Shown one piece after another: positions 1 to 10,184 of a stretch of DNA of 39,205 bases. The stretch is from Bacteroidales bacterium. Lineage in GTDB: Bacteria; Bacteroidota; Bacteroidia; Bacteroidales; Tenuifilaceae. Location: the NCBI GenBank assembly GCA_043743775.1, contig JAYTVX010000397.1, forward strand, positions 1-39,205, in the 5' to 3' direction. Positions within the stretch are counted from its first letter, which is position 1; each line of letters begins with the position of its first letter. The notes under the pieces were generated by a model. That model did no database searches. It saw only the letters and a list, made by a program, of their open reading frames with translations, and had not been told where the DNA came from. The position numbers and the translations under genes were made by a program.

Positions 1-96
1 CGGCGGGGACCCACCCCTTCCCATCCCGAACAGGGACGTTAAGCCCGCCAGAGCCGATGGTACTGCGAAAGCGGGAGAGTAGGACGTCGCCACCCA
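1..96 (+). rRNA. rrf: 5S ribosomal RNA, 3' portion (5' end lies outside the window)
   Basis: Conserved bacterial 5S core is readable: CCCATCCCGAACAGGGACGTTAAGCCCGCC...GATGGTACTGCG...GGGAGAGTAGGACGTCGCCACC. An intrinsic terminator follows. The exact 3' end is approximate. Confidence 0.85.
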
Positions 97-100
97 TCAG

Positions 101-132
101 AGCCTCTAGACTTGTCTAGGGGCTTTTTTTTT
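101..132 (+). terminator. Rho-independent terminator of the rRNA operon
   Basis: Hairpin AGCCTCTAG-ACTTGT-CTAGGGGCT (9 bp including one G-U pair), followed by a run of 9 T. Confidence 0.8.
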
Positions 133-208
133 GATCTTTAGCACTCTTTAGCTTGCATTTAGGCCATTCAAAACGCATCAGGTTTAGGTAGAATAAGATT
201 ATTTGGAC

Positions 209-216
209 TATATTTG
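209..216 (+). promoter_or_regulatory. Candidate Bacteroidota -7 promoter box (TAnnTTTG)
   Basis: TATATTTG lies 8 nt upstream of the ATG at 225, so the mRNA would have almost no leader. This is a motif match only. Confidence 0.3.
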
Positions 217-224
217 TATTCCAA

Positions 225-2273
225 ATGAAAAGAAAGTTTAAGCTAAAAATATTACCTCTATTAATTGTTATTCTTCTTTCCCAGAGGTTATTGTTGGCTG
301 GTGAAATAAATAATCACCAGATAGCTGGATTGCAGGTATCTGATACAATCCAAAAGATAGCTCATAAAATTGTAGTCAGAGACACTGCAAAGATTGATTC
401 TAGTTCAACAGGAAAGATATCCTCAAGAAACATTCTCAATATCCTTAATGGTGTTGATACTTCTAGTAGATTTGTAGCGTGGCGATTGGACTTAAAAACA
501 TTTGATTTAGATGTAGTAACCAGTGTTGATACATCCTTATACTTCCCTCACCTAGTTACACCTACTCAGAAAAGATTGGAGACGATCACTTCTTTAGGAA
601 ACATGGGTTCGCCATTACAATCCGATCATTTTTTTAATCGAAGCAGAAACTCAATTTTTCTTTTCTCAAAAAATTATATTGATTACTCATCAGGATTTGC
701 TGATCATAAACAGTATCATGTTCGAAAACCTTTAACCCTTATCAGTTATACAAAAGGGGGGAAAACTAGCGAAGCTGAACAAACCATTTCAGTGCTTCAT
801 ACTCAAAATGCAAGTAAATATTTCAACTTTGGGTTAACCTACGATAATTTAGGAACAAAGGGGATGTATAAAAATCAACTTACAAAGGATAACTTTTTTT
901 CATTATTTGCAAGTTATTACAAGAATCGCTTATCGGCTCAAGGTGTATTTTCCTATAATCGTATTCGTAATCAAGAAAATGGTGGATTGAAATCAGATTA
1001 TGATATTCAAGATACTACCATAGAATCGGCATTGATCCCATTCAAACTCATTGGTGCATCCAGTGAGGTTAAACAAAAGTATTTTTCAGGAGTCTTTGGA
1101 TACAACGTTATAAACCGGTGGGTGATGGCGAAGGATAGCAAGGGTAATCAAGCATTAATTAAGAGGCCCGTTTTTACCCTTAAGGCGATGTTTGAAGCTA
1201 ATCAGCAATCGAGAAACTATATAGATGCTGACACATCAAATTATAAAAACTATTATATAATTAAAGGAATTACCCATGATTCCGCTATGATTTTAACCTA
1301 TGAAACAACAATTCTAGGGGAGATAGATCAACTGGCAAAATTCCCTGGTCTTCCTGGATTTAGGTTTTGGATCACCAATACTAGAGGAAAATACTATTAC
1401 TTTAAACCCAGTGATTTTATTTTTAAAAGATCTGATGATAAAATCTCCACGAGCCATTTCGGGGTTGGCATATTCAGCTATTCGTCCTATTTATCGTACA
1501 GCGGATCGCTGAGAATGTATTTAAATGGTTACCGATCCTCTGATAAAGAGCTATTAGGACAAATGGTGGTTTCACCATGGAAATCGAAGGAGTATCCTTA
1601 TGTAAAGGCTAAAATTGAAGTATCCGATAAAGAACCTGATTTATTTGTACAGAACTACTTTTCTAACCATTTTAAATGGAATAACCATTTTGTGAAAGAG
1701 AAGTGGTTTATGCTTGGGGGTTCTATTGGAGCTGATAAATGGAAATTTGAGGCTGGATACAATCTAGCCCGAATCAACAACTTTGTCTATTTTGATACAA
1801 CCGGAATCCCCAAACAGGCATCGGGTGTTACAATCACGTCAGCATTCGTTCAAAAAGGATTTAAATTAGGGAGATTTTATTCAACAAACAGAGTTGTTTG
1901 GCAGGCATACAACAATAAAGGAGTCATAAATCTGCCCACCTTTTCAATTTTTAGTTCACTATTTTTTGAGTATGAGTTGGTGAAAAATGTTCTAATGGCA
2001 AGAATAGGAGCCAATGTATTCTTCAGGACAAAGTTTTATGCCGATGCATACTCACCTGCAACAGGACAATTCTACAACCAAAAAGTTAAACAAATTGGTG
2101 ATTATCCAGTTATTGATGCTTTTGTTGACCTTAAGTGGAAACGAGCGATAATATTCTTCAAGTTTGACCATATAAATCAGGGAGTGCCTAATAATGAATA
2201 TTTTTCGGCGTTACACTACCCTTTAAACCGCAGGATTTTTAAGCTGGGTATATCATGGATTTTTTATGATTAA
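225..2273 (+). CDS. Outer-membrane beta-barrel protein, Bacteroidota 'putative porin' type
   Basis: 682-aa ORF with an N-terminal signal peptide (KLKILPLLIVILLSQRLLLAG). It is rich in Y/F/N/G with an alternating beta-strand pattern and an aromatic-rich C-terminus (GISWIFYD). The family name is from memory, not a search. Confidence 0.55.
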   Translation: MKRKFKLKILPLLIVILLSQRLLLAGEINNHQIAGLQVSDTIQKIAHKIVVRDTAKIDSSSTGKISSRNILNILNGVDTSSRFVAWRLDLKTFDLDVVTSVDTSLYFPHLVTPTQKRLETITSLGNMGSPLQSDHFFNRSRNSIFLFSKNYIDYSSGFADHKQYHVRKPLTLISYTKGGKTSEAEQTISVLHTQNASKYFNFGLTYDNLGTKGMYKNQLTKDNFFSLFASYYKNRLSAQGVFSYNRIRNQENGGLKSDYDIQDTTIESALIPFKLIGASSEVKQKYFSGVFGYNVINRWVMAKDSKGNQALIKRPVFTLKAMFEANQQSRNYIDADTSNYKNYYIIKGITHDSAMILTYETTILGEIDQLAKFPGLPGFRFWITNTRGKYYYFKPSDFIFKRSDDKISTSHFGVGIFSYSSYLSYSGSLRMYLNGYRSSDKELLGQMVVSPWKSKEYPYVKAKIEVSDKEPDLFVQNYFSNHFKWNNHFVKEKWFMLGGSIGADKWKFEAGYNLARINNFVYFDTTGIPKQASGVTITSAFVQKGFKLGRFYSTNRVVWQAYNNKGVINLPTFSIFSSLFFEYELVKNVLMARIGANVFFRTKFYADAYSPATGQFYNQKVKQIGDYPVIDAFVDLKWKRAIIFFKFDHINQGVPNNEYFSALHYPLNRRIFKLGISWIFYD

Positions 2274-2343
2274 AAACCGCAAAATCCATGATAATTAAAC
2301 AATTATAGTTTATTGGTGTTTCTGAATTAGGTAATCAAAAATA

Positions 2344-3765
2344 TTGCTGATGATAGTGTTTATCTTAAATAGGGTAAGGTATTTTGTTTTTATGGCATTT
2401 ATGCTCTTGTTCTCTTGCATCTTTAAGGATTCTGGCTTAAATAAGACTGTGAAAAAAACGAGAGATTTAGCGCAGATTTTAACCGAGGGTAAGATTGTTG
2501 CTGTAACTGATTTTACTTCAACAAACTATTTTATCTATAAAGGCGAACCTATGGGTTACCAGTATGAGATGCTGGTATCGTTAGCCGCAAATTTGGGGGT
2601 TAAGCTTGAACTCATTGCTGAAAATAGTCCTGAGGAATCACTTAGAATGCTTAGAAATGGGGAGGTTGATATTATTGCAAACGACCTTTCAAATATAAAA
2701 AGTAAAAAAGAGCAATTCAGATTTACTGAACCATACAGGCAGACTAAGCAGGTATTGATTCAGCGAAAAATATTTAACAAGAATGGAGAGGTTTCAAATC
2801 CTCTTATTCGCGACTTAAATGATTTAGCGAATGAAAAAGTATTTGTAAGGGGGAATTCTATACCAGCTAAGACATTAAAGGAGTTCTCGGTTGAGAATAA
2901 TATTCCAATTAATATTGAGTTAAACACAAAAGATGATACTGAGCATTTGATTGATCTTGTTGCTACTGGGTCTATTGATTATGCTGTTTGTGATTATACT
3001 GTTGCTAAAGTTCAAGCAACCATCTATTCAAATATTGATATTGAAACATCTATTGGCCCAAACCGAAATCTTGCCTGGGCTGTTAGTAAGGGATCACCAG
3101 ATCTTCTTCGGAAAGTAAATGAGTGGTTGAATACATTTACAAAAACTCAAGAGTATTCTAATATTAGCTATAGATATATAGATAATCCCTACATGGCGAT
3201 TATTAAAAAGAGCGACTACTTTTATTCAACAACGGGAAAACTTTCTGTTTTTGATGACCAGATTAAATCGGAGAGTAGTTTTATAAACTGGGATTGGCGT
3301 TTATTAGCTTCACTTATCTATCAGGAATCAAAGTTTAATCCCACGGTTAAATCTGAAAGCGGGGCTTATGGCTTGATGCAATTTATGCCTATAACAGCTG
3401 AATACTTTGGAATTGATAATGAGGCTGGTCCAAGCGTACAGCTTAAAATGGGAGCTCGCTACCTCAAAATGCTTGAGAAATATATGGCGGATATCAAAAT
3501 ACCTGAAAAGGAGCGATTGAAATTCGTTTTAGCTGCATACAACGCTGGTTACGGACATATTTTAGATGCAAGGAGTTTAGCTCGAAAATACGGGAAAGAT
3601 CCAAATGTTTGGGATAATAACGTTGCCTTTTTCATTCAGAATAAAGTAGTATTCTACAACGATTCGGTTGTTCGACATGGTTATTTACGAGGAGCCGAAA
3701 CCTATCGTTATGTGAATGAGATTCTGGATCGCTATGATCGCTACAAAAATATCGTTAAGCGCTAA
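2344..3765 (+). CDS. mltF: MltF-like membrane-bound lytic murein transglycosylase (solute-binding-protein-like domain plus SLT domain)
   Basis: C-terminal SLT motifs: LIYQESKFNP (catalytic Glu), GAYGLMQFMP, AAYNAGYGH. The N-terminal half resembles periplasmic binding protein family 3. The ORF track starts at a TTG; an ATG at 2350 or the lipobox-type start MAFMLLFSC at 2392 are alternatives. Confidence 0.8.
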   Translation: MLMIVFILNRVRYFVFMAFMLLFSCIFKDSGLNKTVKKTRDLAQILTEGKIVAVTDFTSTNYFIYKGEPMGYQYEMLVSLAANLGVKLELIAENSPEESLRMLRNGEVDIIANDLSNIKSKKEQFRFTEPYRQTKQVLIQRKIFNKNGEVSNPLIRDLNDLANEKVFVRGNSIPAKTLKEFSVENNIPINIELNTKDDTEHLIDLVATGSIDYAVCDYTVAKVQATIYSNIDIETSIGPNRNLAWAVSKGSPDLLRKVNEWLNTFTKTQEYSNISYRYIDNPYMAIIKKSDYFYSTTGKLSVFDDQIKSESSFINWDWRLLASLIYQESKFNPTVKSESGAYGLMQFMPITAEYFGIDNEAGPSVQLKMGARYLKMLEKYMADIKIPEKERLKFVLAAYNAGYGHILDARSLARKYGKDPNVWDNNVAFFIQNKVVFYNDSVVRHGYLRGAETYRYVNEILDRYDRYKNIVKR

Positions 3766-4395
3766 TCAACAATTAAAAAGCTCAATAAACTCCGAAATAA
3801 TCATTGCCGTAGCACCCCATACATCTTCGCAATCGACCTTAAAGTAGGGCGCTTCTATTGAATGCTCCCTAACTACAATTGTTTTATGTAGATGATTCTC
3901 AGAATTTTTCAGATGGCATATTGGAACTGTAATTGTAAACTCTACCTCTTGAAGGTTAAGGTGTAAAACGGGCTTTTCTCGAAGCAATCCAATTACTGGT
4001 AGTACCTCCATATTGCTGACTGGAATGAAGAGTGGCGTTAACGTTCCCAGAACCTCTACCTTAAACGGATCTATACCAACCTCCTCTTGTGCCTCACGAA
4101 GGGCTGTCTGTATTAGCGAACTGTCAAACTCCTCGAATTTTCCACCCGGAAAGCTTATTTGTCCGCTATGAACGCCATCATACGTTGCCCTCTTAATTAG
4201 CAGTGTATTAATTTTATTGTTTTCGGGGAATAGCGAGATTAGAACTGCACTCTGACGAACAGCCCTATTTTCATCGATAATCTTTAATAGTTCCCCTCTA
4301 TGCGAGGGTGCCATACGGAGCTGAACCGCATTACCAGGTAGGGGTTGCTGGAGGTTGTATCTTAATTCGGTTAATAGTTTGTCAGACACTAGCAA
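3766..4395 (-). CDS. Nudix hydrolase, CoA pyrophosphatase type
   Basis: Nudix box GGKFEEFDSSLIQTALREAQEEVGI is preceded by the CoA-type motif LLIKRATYDGVHSGQISFPGG. The start is a TTG and is uncertain. Its stop abuts the mltF stop with no spacer. Confidence 0.75.
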   Translation of the reverse strand: MLVSDKLLTELRYNLQQPLPGNAVQLRMAPSHRGELLKIIDENRAVRQSAVLISLFPENNKINTLLIKRATYDGVHSGQISFPGGKFEEFDSSLIQTALREAQEEVGIDPFKVEVLGTLTPLFIPVSNMEVLPVIGLLREKPVLHLNLQEVEFTITVPICHLKNSENHLHKTIVVREHSIEAPYFKVDCEDVWGATAMIISEFIELFNC

Positions 4396-4560
4396 TATGA
4401 ACTTTTTTAGTTACCCTAAAAATAGCATTAAGGATACATTTATTGTAAATTTGAATAACAAAATTTTTAATCGTTAGTTCTTATTTTCATCATTATTAAT
4501 TATGGATAAGGGCTTTTAAGCATGATATTCTTTCTCAGTGTTTAACTAAAAGCAGCTGCT

Positions 4561-4764
4561 ATGGAATATTTTTCAGCACAAAAACTTAGAGAGGAATGGG
4601 GAAATAAGCCCTGCAATCATCCTAAAATCGAAAAGGAGTACTATGCCGACACTCATACCCTTGATTATGTTTGTAGGCAGTGTGGTAAGGAGTTTACGCT
4701 TCTCGAGATGATCGAAACCAAGGACAATCAAAGGAAGAATCGAAGAGTCGGTGTAACGTATTAG
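4561..4764 (+). CDS. Small hypothetical protein with a C-x-H ... C-x2-C arrangement (possible zinc-binding)
   Basis: 67-aa ORF containing CNHP...CRQCGKEF. It stands alone in an intergenic region. No family recognised. Confidence 0.4.
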   Translation: MEYFSAQKLREEWGNKPCNHPKIEKEYYADTHTLDYVCRQCGKEFTLLEMIETKDNQRKNRRVGVTY

Positions 4765-5143
4765 ATTTCAGTAACCCGTTAGAGGAAATTAAGAGTTGCG
4801 AGTTGGCGAAATTTAACTTTCATCCAAACCCTAATTTGCATTTTGATAATTCTCTCGAACTCATTCTGGTACTTTGTATTCGTCATTTGATGCATCCCTA
4901 TTTTTTTTAATGATTTATATCACCATTAATTTATGGTTATCATAGCTCAAATTCTCGCTTATTAGTGTAAATTGTTTTGCATTTGAATATTTTGTAAATT
5001 ATTTGTTGAAAATTGGAATGGTTTGTAATTCTTAGTATTCTAAAATCATATTTGTTTTTAATATTCTTTTAGAAACGGTGTTATGGTGAATATTAAGTAA
5101 CTCATAGTAACGAACATTTATTAACTCACCTAAAATTGCGTAC

Positions 5144-8100
5144 ATGAGAAAAATTTACTCTTTTTTGATCGTAATGTTTCTTTGCAATTTATTCTCTTAT
5201 GGACAGGCACCCGTTATTACGATCAGCCCTGTTTCATTCAATGAGAATATTAGCGCAGGAGCTCAAAAGATTGTTACTTTTACCATTACTGATAATGGTA
5301 ATCGTGATCTAAAATGGCAATTCAAGCGGGATAGCGTTGAATTCACTAAAGCAGACAACGCGAATTCTCTACTTTCAGCAAATCAGGATAGGATTACCAA
5401 TTCTGTTTGGATAACCCGCGGTGATTATCAGGGCATATTTAACATTGCCCAAGAGGCATCGTTTCAGCATTATTTTTCTCCTGTTGGAACAGAATGGTCA
5501 AGTAATCCAACTTGGCTTTCATCCAAAAGTGACTATTCCGATTGGAACAGCAATGTAGGCGGGGATATGAGCACCGTCGATACCTTTTCGATGCATCTGA
5601 TTAATGATAATAAATACTATGATGTTGTTTTTCACAGCTGGACTAGTAGCGGAGGTGGAGGATTTTCTTATTCCCGTTTCGAAACGATAAAATGGATAGA
5701 TGCTTCAACCCATTCTGGAACTGTTCCTATTAATGGCAATGAAGAAGTATCGATTTTCATTGATGCAACAGATTTGACGGCTGGAGTTTACAATGCTATT
5801 TTACATATAGCAAGTAATGATCCCCTAAAAGGATTTGTTAACTTACCCATAGCATTAACTGTTACGGGGTCTCCTGATATTTCGTTTGATCCTGCAAATA
5901 TCGATTTTGGAGATCAATCAATAGGCGGGGATTACATACAACCCATTGATATTACAAATACGGGTTCGAGTGTGCTAAACATAACCGGTATTGCCGCTTC
6001 AACATCATTCTACACGGTAACCGAATCGAATATATCAATTCAACCTGGCAAATCGTACAAATTGAATGTGCATTTTTCTCCATTAGGTATCCAAACCTAT
6101 GCTGATAACCTTACACTAACTAGCAATGCAGCAGGGTCGCCTACCACTATTGGGTTAACCGGAAATGGAGTAGCTGCACCAATCATAACTGTTGATGTGG
6201 CTTCAATAAGCAAAGAGTTAATTTCGGGCAACAGTATCACTCAAACTATAAATATAGGTAACACAGGGAATAATGATCTTTTGTGGAAAATTAAACTTCA
6301 CGCCCCTCCAGTTACCTTTGTTAGACCCAATTATGTTGATTGGACCCTAGAACAATTTCAGGACAAAATCACACCTACGGTCAGTATTGCACGTCAAAAC
6401 AAAATGGGAATTTTCAATAGTGTTAATGAACCTTCCTACATACGTTATACATCACCTACTGGTACTCAATGGTCTTTAGGATATTCCGATGAGCTATCCC
6501 CTACAGATTATAAAGATTGGAAATATTCAATAACTGATTATGGATACAACCTTCCTGAACTGGTAAACAAACCCATGTCATTATTTTTAGCGGATAATGA
6601 TTTATATATTGATATTAAGTTTACGAGTTGGACTGGAAATGGTCAGGGTGGTGGATTTTCTTATACGAGAGATGGAGCCGTTTACTGGATTAGTCTATCC
6701 ATTAAATCAGGAACAACAGCAATGACTACCTCCCAAGCAGTTGATATTAATTTTGATGCAACTGGTATGAAAGCAGGGATTTATACTGGGGATATTATTA
6801 TTAAGAGTAATGATCCTGATCAAGGAGAAATTGTAATCCCAACAACGCTGAAAGTTACAGGCACACCTGTAATTGATGCCAATTCTTCCATCGATTTTGG
6901 AACCGTTTTGATTGGTAGTAGCAAAGTAATTGCCCTCGAAATTCTCAACACAGGGAGCGATACTTTAAAAAACATTACTCTCTCAAGCGATCAGGCTTAT
7001 TATACTTTTGGAGCTTACGGAAATAAAATTCTTCCCGGTAAATCAGAAATGGTCAATGTGATCTATACGCCTAGTAGTGCGGCAACCGAAACGGGGACAT
7101 TAACCATAAGTTCAAACGATCCTGTTAATCCTACTTATCTTGTATCCTTAACCGGTATAGGTAATTCACCACCTATAATATCCGTTGATCAAACACCTAT
7201 TACAGCAACTATTGCAGCAGGAACTACTCTTGATGTAGATGTAAGTATTAATAATACTGGAGTTGCTGATCTTGAAGGCGAAGTAAATTTTACGCAATCC
7301 AATAAGATAAGCTTTAATAAGGTTTCATCCTCTGATTGGTTACTTGTCGCGAATCAGGATCATATTACCGATAAAGTATGGATAACCCGAGCGAACCGAG
7401 AAGGGATTTTTAATATTAAGGCAGAAAATGATTATAATTCGGGAAGTTCTCCTGATGGAACTGAATGGGCTATGGGTAAAACAATAGATCTTACAGCTGG
7501 AGATTACACGAGTTGGAGGGATGCTGTATCTGGTGATCCCCTAAAAATGATTGGGCACGTTATATCAATGCATGCAATTGAGGAGGATAGGTATTTTGAT
7601 ATACTATTCGATAGCTGGACATCGGGTCATCAAGAAGGAGGTGGAGGTTTCTCCTATACTCGTATAGAGGTACCAAAATGGGTAAAGATGTTGGGGAGTT
7701 CTGGAACTGTGTCCGCTGGAGTACCTCAACTTATAACATTTACTCTTGATGCTACAGCTCTCAACAAAGGGGTATATACCGCTAATATGCATATTTTTAG
7801 CAATGATATAGTCACCCCAGAAGTTGTTATCCCAGTTACTTTAACTGTAACAGGAGCTCCTGTAATTGATGCAAGCACTCCCGTAAGTTTTAACGATACT
7901 CCGATTGGTGGTTCCACAACTGAAACACTTACAATTAGCAATACGGGAACAGATGTACTTACTGTATCGGGAATTACCCATTCCCTCACTGTGTATAATA
8001 TAAATTCAACGGGGTTCACTGTTAATCCTGGGCAAAGTGTTGATCTTGAGGTTACATTCTCTCCAACAGCAGCACAATTCTACAGCGATAATCTTGAGAT

Positions 8101-9646
8101 CTCCAGTGACGATGCATTGCAACCTGTTTTTGAGGTTGCCGTTTCGGGTACAGGAATTCAACCTCCAACAATTTTTGTAAGCAGGACATCCATAGATACT
8201 ATGTTGTATCCATCATCGGTAGAGACGTTTGATGTTGTCATCAAGAACAACGGGACAACCGAGCTTAATTGGAGCCTTGAAGGAGAAACTGTTGCTTTTA
8301 CTAAGGCCCTCAATGCTGATTGGAATCTACTTGCCAATCAGGATCGAATCACCGATAATGTTTGGATAACCCGTAAGAGCAGTCAGGGTCTTTTTAATAT
8401 TGCCAAAGAGAGCGGCTATACAAGTGTTTCTCCAAAGGATACAAAATGGGCTTTTGGGACAACAAGTTCTCTTTCCCCAACTGACTATAAAACGTGGATC
8501 CAAGCGGTTAACTCTGATCCACAGAGTATGATTGATCAGGACATGTCTTTATTCCTAGTCACCGACAAAAAGTACTACGATATAATGTTTAGTGGTTATA
8601 GCGGAGGCAGTACAACTGGTGGTGGTTTTGCATACACCAGAAAAGAGGTGATTCCAGGCTGGATAACTTTTAGTAATAACAACGGAACACTTAGTGCAGG
8701 GGCAGAAGAAACAGTTACAGTAACATTAGATGCTACAGGGCTAGATGGTAAGTACAGTACGAACCTAGTTGTGAAAAGTAACGATCCTGCACATCTTAAA
8801 ACACCTGTTCATGTCAACCTAACGGTGGGTGGAACGCTGGTTATAAGTCCAATTGCCGATATTAAGCTTAATCAGGGATTCATTTCTCATGACATTGACA
8901 TTGCCAATGTCTTCGAAAGTCCAGGTTCAATCACTATTTCAGCCTTCTCAGATAAAATAGCAGTTGTTACCTCAAGCATTATTGGGAATACTTTAACCAT
9001 TACTGAGGTTGGGTTAGGAACTGCTTTAATCACTCTAAGAGCTGAAGATGAAAATGGTCTCGTTGCCTATGAGGATTTCAAATTTACTGTTAACGCTGGG
9101 CCAGTAGTGGCCAACCCAATTGCTGATCTCGTTAAGAATGCAGGTTTTGGAACCTTTACAGTCGACTTGACGAATGTATTCACCGATATCAATGGTGATG
9201 TTATTACATTAAGTGCATCCAGCAATAATACAGCGGTTGCTACTGTTGCTGTAGTAGGAAAAACGCTTACGGTAACTGAAGTTGCTGCTGGTTCTGCAGC
9301 AATTACGGTATCGGCAAGTGATGGATTCGCTTTAACTCCTACAACAGATGTCTTCAATCTAACAGTTAATCCAGGAACCAGTGTGGAAGAGGTACTAAAA
9401 CAATCGATAAGTTTGTATCCTAATCCTACATCAGGTCTATTAACAATCAAGTTGAGTAATCCTTTAAAAGGAAACGTATTTATTCGTGTTTCTAGCATCA
9501 TTGGTGTCGAGGTATTGAACCAAAATGCTTCAGGTGCGAACGAATTAATACATCTTAATTTGTCGTCGCTTAACAAAGGGATATACTTTGTTCAGATTAT
9601 TGAGGACTCTAAGGTCATCTGTACGAACAAAATTATTTTCCAATAG
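5144..9646 (+). CDS. Large modular cell-surface or secreted protein, T9SS cargo (4 repeated modules, 2 Ig/cadherin-like domains, T9SS C-terminal domain)
   Basis: 1500-aa ORF with a signal peptide (MRKIYSFLIVMFLCNLFSYGQ). It has four ~330-aa modules, each starting P-x-I-(T/S)-(I/V). Two ~90-aa domains follow (PIADI...NVF...TLTITEVG...), then a T9SS sorting tail. Confidence 0.9.
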   Translation: MRKIYSFLIVMFLCNLFSYGQAPVITISPVSFNENISAGAQKIVTFTITDNGNRDLKWQFKRDSVEFTKADNANSLLSANQDRITNSVWITRGDYQGIFNIAQEASFQHYFSPVGTEWSSNPTWLSSKSDYSDWNSNVGGDMSTVDTFSMHLINDNKYYDVVFHSWTSSGGGGFSYSRFETIKWIDASTHSGTVPINGNEEVSIFIDATDLTAGVYNAILHIASNDPLKGFVNLPIALTVTGSPDISFDPANIDFGDQSIGGDYIQPIDITNTGSSVLNITGIAASTSFYTVTESNISIQPGKSYKLNVHFSPLGIQTYADNLTLTSNAAGSPTTIGLTGNGVAAPIITVDVASISKELISGNSITQTINIGNTGNNDLLWKIKLHAPPVTFVRPNYVDWTLEQFQDKITPTVSIARQNKMGIFNSVNEPSYIRYTSPTGTQWSLGYSDELSPTDYKDWKYSITDYGYNLPELVNKPMSLFLADNDLYIDIKFTSWTGNGQGGGFSYTRDGAVYWISLSIKSGTTAMTTSQAVDINFDATGMKAGIYTGDIIIKSNDPDQGEIVIPTTLKVTGTPVIDANSSIDFGTVLIGSSKVIALEILNTGSDTLKNITLSSDQAYYTFGAYGNKILPGKSEMVNVIYTPSSAATETGTLTISSNDPVNPTYLVSLTGIGNSPPIISVDQTPITATIAAGTTLDVDVSINNTGVADLEGEVNFTQSNKISFNKVSSSDWLLVANQDHITDKVWITRANREGIFNIKAENDYNSGSSPDGTEWAMGKTIDLTAGDYTSWRDAVSGDPLKMIGHVISMHAIEEDRYFDILFDSWTSGHQEGGGGFSYTRIEVPKWVKMLGSSGTVSAGVPQLITFTLDATALNKGVYTANMHIFSNDIVTPEVVIPVTLTVTGAPVIDASTPVSFNDTPIGGSTTETLTISNTGTDVLTVSGITHSLTVYNINSTGFTVNPGQSVDLEVTFSPTAAQFYSDNLEISSDDALQPVFEVAVSGTGIQPPTIFVSRTSIDTMLYPSSVETFDVVIKNNGTTELNWSLEGETVAFTKALNADWNLLANQDRITDNVWITRKSSQGLFNIAKESGYTSVSPKDTKWAFGTTSSLSPTDYKTWIQAVNSDPQSMIDQDMSLFLVTDKKYYDIMFSGYSGGSTTGGGFAYTRKEVIPGWITFSNNNGTLSAGAEETVTVTLDATGLDGKYSTNLVVKSNDPAHLKTPVHVNLTVGGTLVISPIADIKLNQGFISHDIDIANVFESPGSITISAFSDKIAVVTSSIIGNTLTITEVGLGTALITLRAEDENGLVAYEDFKFTVNAGPVVANPIADLVKNAGFGTFTVDLTNVFTDINGDVITLSASSNNTAVATVAVVGKTLTVTEVAAGSAAITVSASDGFALTPTTDVFNLTVNPGTSVEEVLKQSISLYPNPTSGLLTIKLSNPLKGNVFIRVSSIIGVEVLNQNASGANELIHLNLSSLNKGIYFVQIIEDSKVICTNKIIFQ
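5207..8833 (+). repeat. Four tandem divergent protein-coding modules (~1 kb each) inside the 1500-aa gene
   Basis: Module boundaries are roughly aa 22-344, 345-675, 676-1005 and 1006-1230. Each holds a conserved subdomain (NQDRIT-x-VWITR...GIFN...GT-x-W...DY-x-W...YYDI-x-F-x-SWT...GGGFSYTR) followed by Ig-like beta-sandwich domains ending in SNDP motifs. Confidence 0.85.
9404..9643 (+). other. Type IX secretion system C-terminal sorting domain (CTD)
   Basis: SISLYPNPTSGLLTIKL...NLSSLNKGIYFVQIIE...KIIFQ matches the classic Por/T9SS CTD pattern (LYPNP-x-x-G, GIY-x-V-x-I). Confidence 0.85.
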
Positions 9647-9670
9647 GTAATTCATTACAAAACGAATGTA

Positions 9671-9700
9671 AAAAAGAGGTGGTAAATCCACCTCTTTTTT
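9671..9700. terminator. Bidirectional intrinsic terminator between convergent genes
   Basis: AAAAAGAGGTGG-TAAAT-CCACCTCTTTTTT is a perfect GC-containing stem with an A-run on one side and a T-run on the other. Confidence 0.8.
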
Positions 9701-9717
9701 ATTTGAATCAATAGGAA

Positions 9718-10143
9718 TTATGCCTTATTCTTTAGAATGATAACCTCAATAATCTTCTTTGACAGATCATCGGAGATTGACATTTTGCTTTTAAGCATTG
9801 CGATTACAACTTCCTCTTCGTTAGCTACAGTGCCATCTGCTAGAACGAAATCAACCGCATTGGTATAAACGGTAGCGCGCATTTCAGCAGGAATTTTCTC
9901 TACTGCTTTATCGATTAGGGCTTCAAGGCTTTTGGTTTCTTTTAGGATGCGCTGAATTTTTTTCATTGCATCGCGAAGGTCGAACTTACGAAATGTTGGT
10001 CTGCTTGCAAGAAGGTTTATTAGGTTAATCTCCTCTTCAGGGGCAATCTCACCATCAGCTGCCATGCATGCGAAAATCACTGCAAAAAAAGCTTCTTTCT
10101 CGTTGGAGATTTCTGCCGAACCTCCCATATTAAAAAGTCCCAT
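9718..10143 (-). CDS. TerB-like (tellurite-resistance TerB family) protein
   Basis: 141-aa, all-helical, acidic protein. The motif VIFACMAADGEIAPEEE and a second ADGTVANEEE are typical of the TerB/DjlA-N fold. Confidence 0.55.
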   Translation of the reverse strand: MGLFNMGGSAEISNEKEAFFAVIFACMAADGEIAPEEEINLINLLASRPTFRKFDLRDAMKKIQRILKETKSLEALIDKAVEKIPAEMRATVYTNAVDFVLADGTVANEEEVVIAMLKSKMSISDDLSKKIIEVIILKNKA

Positions 10144-10184
10144 AATAAATAATTTAAGTTTGTTTTGATTTTTTTAACGGAGGG

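Noticed and set aside
7604-9576. Minus-strand ORFs 7604..7792, 7726..8019 and 9067..9576 inside the 1500-aa gene
   Set aside because: They lie entirely antisense to a long, domain-rich, clearly coding ORF. Their low-complexity translations are typical of the reverse frame of Thr/Val/Ser-rich repeats.
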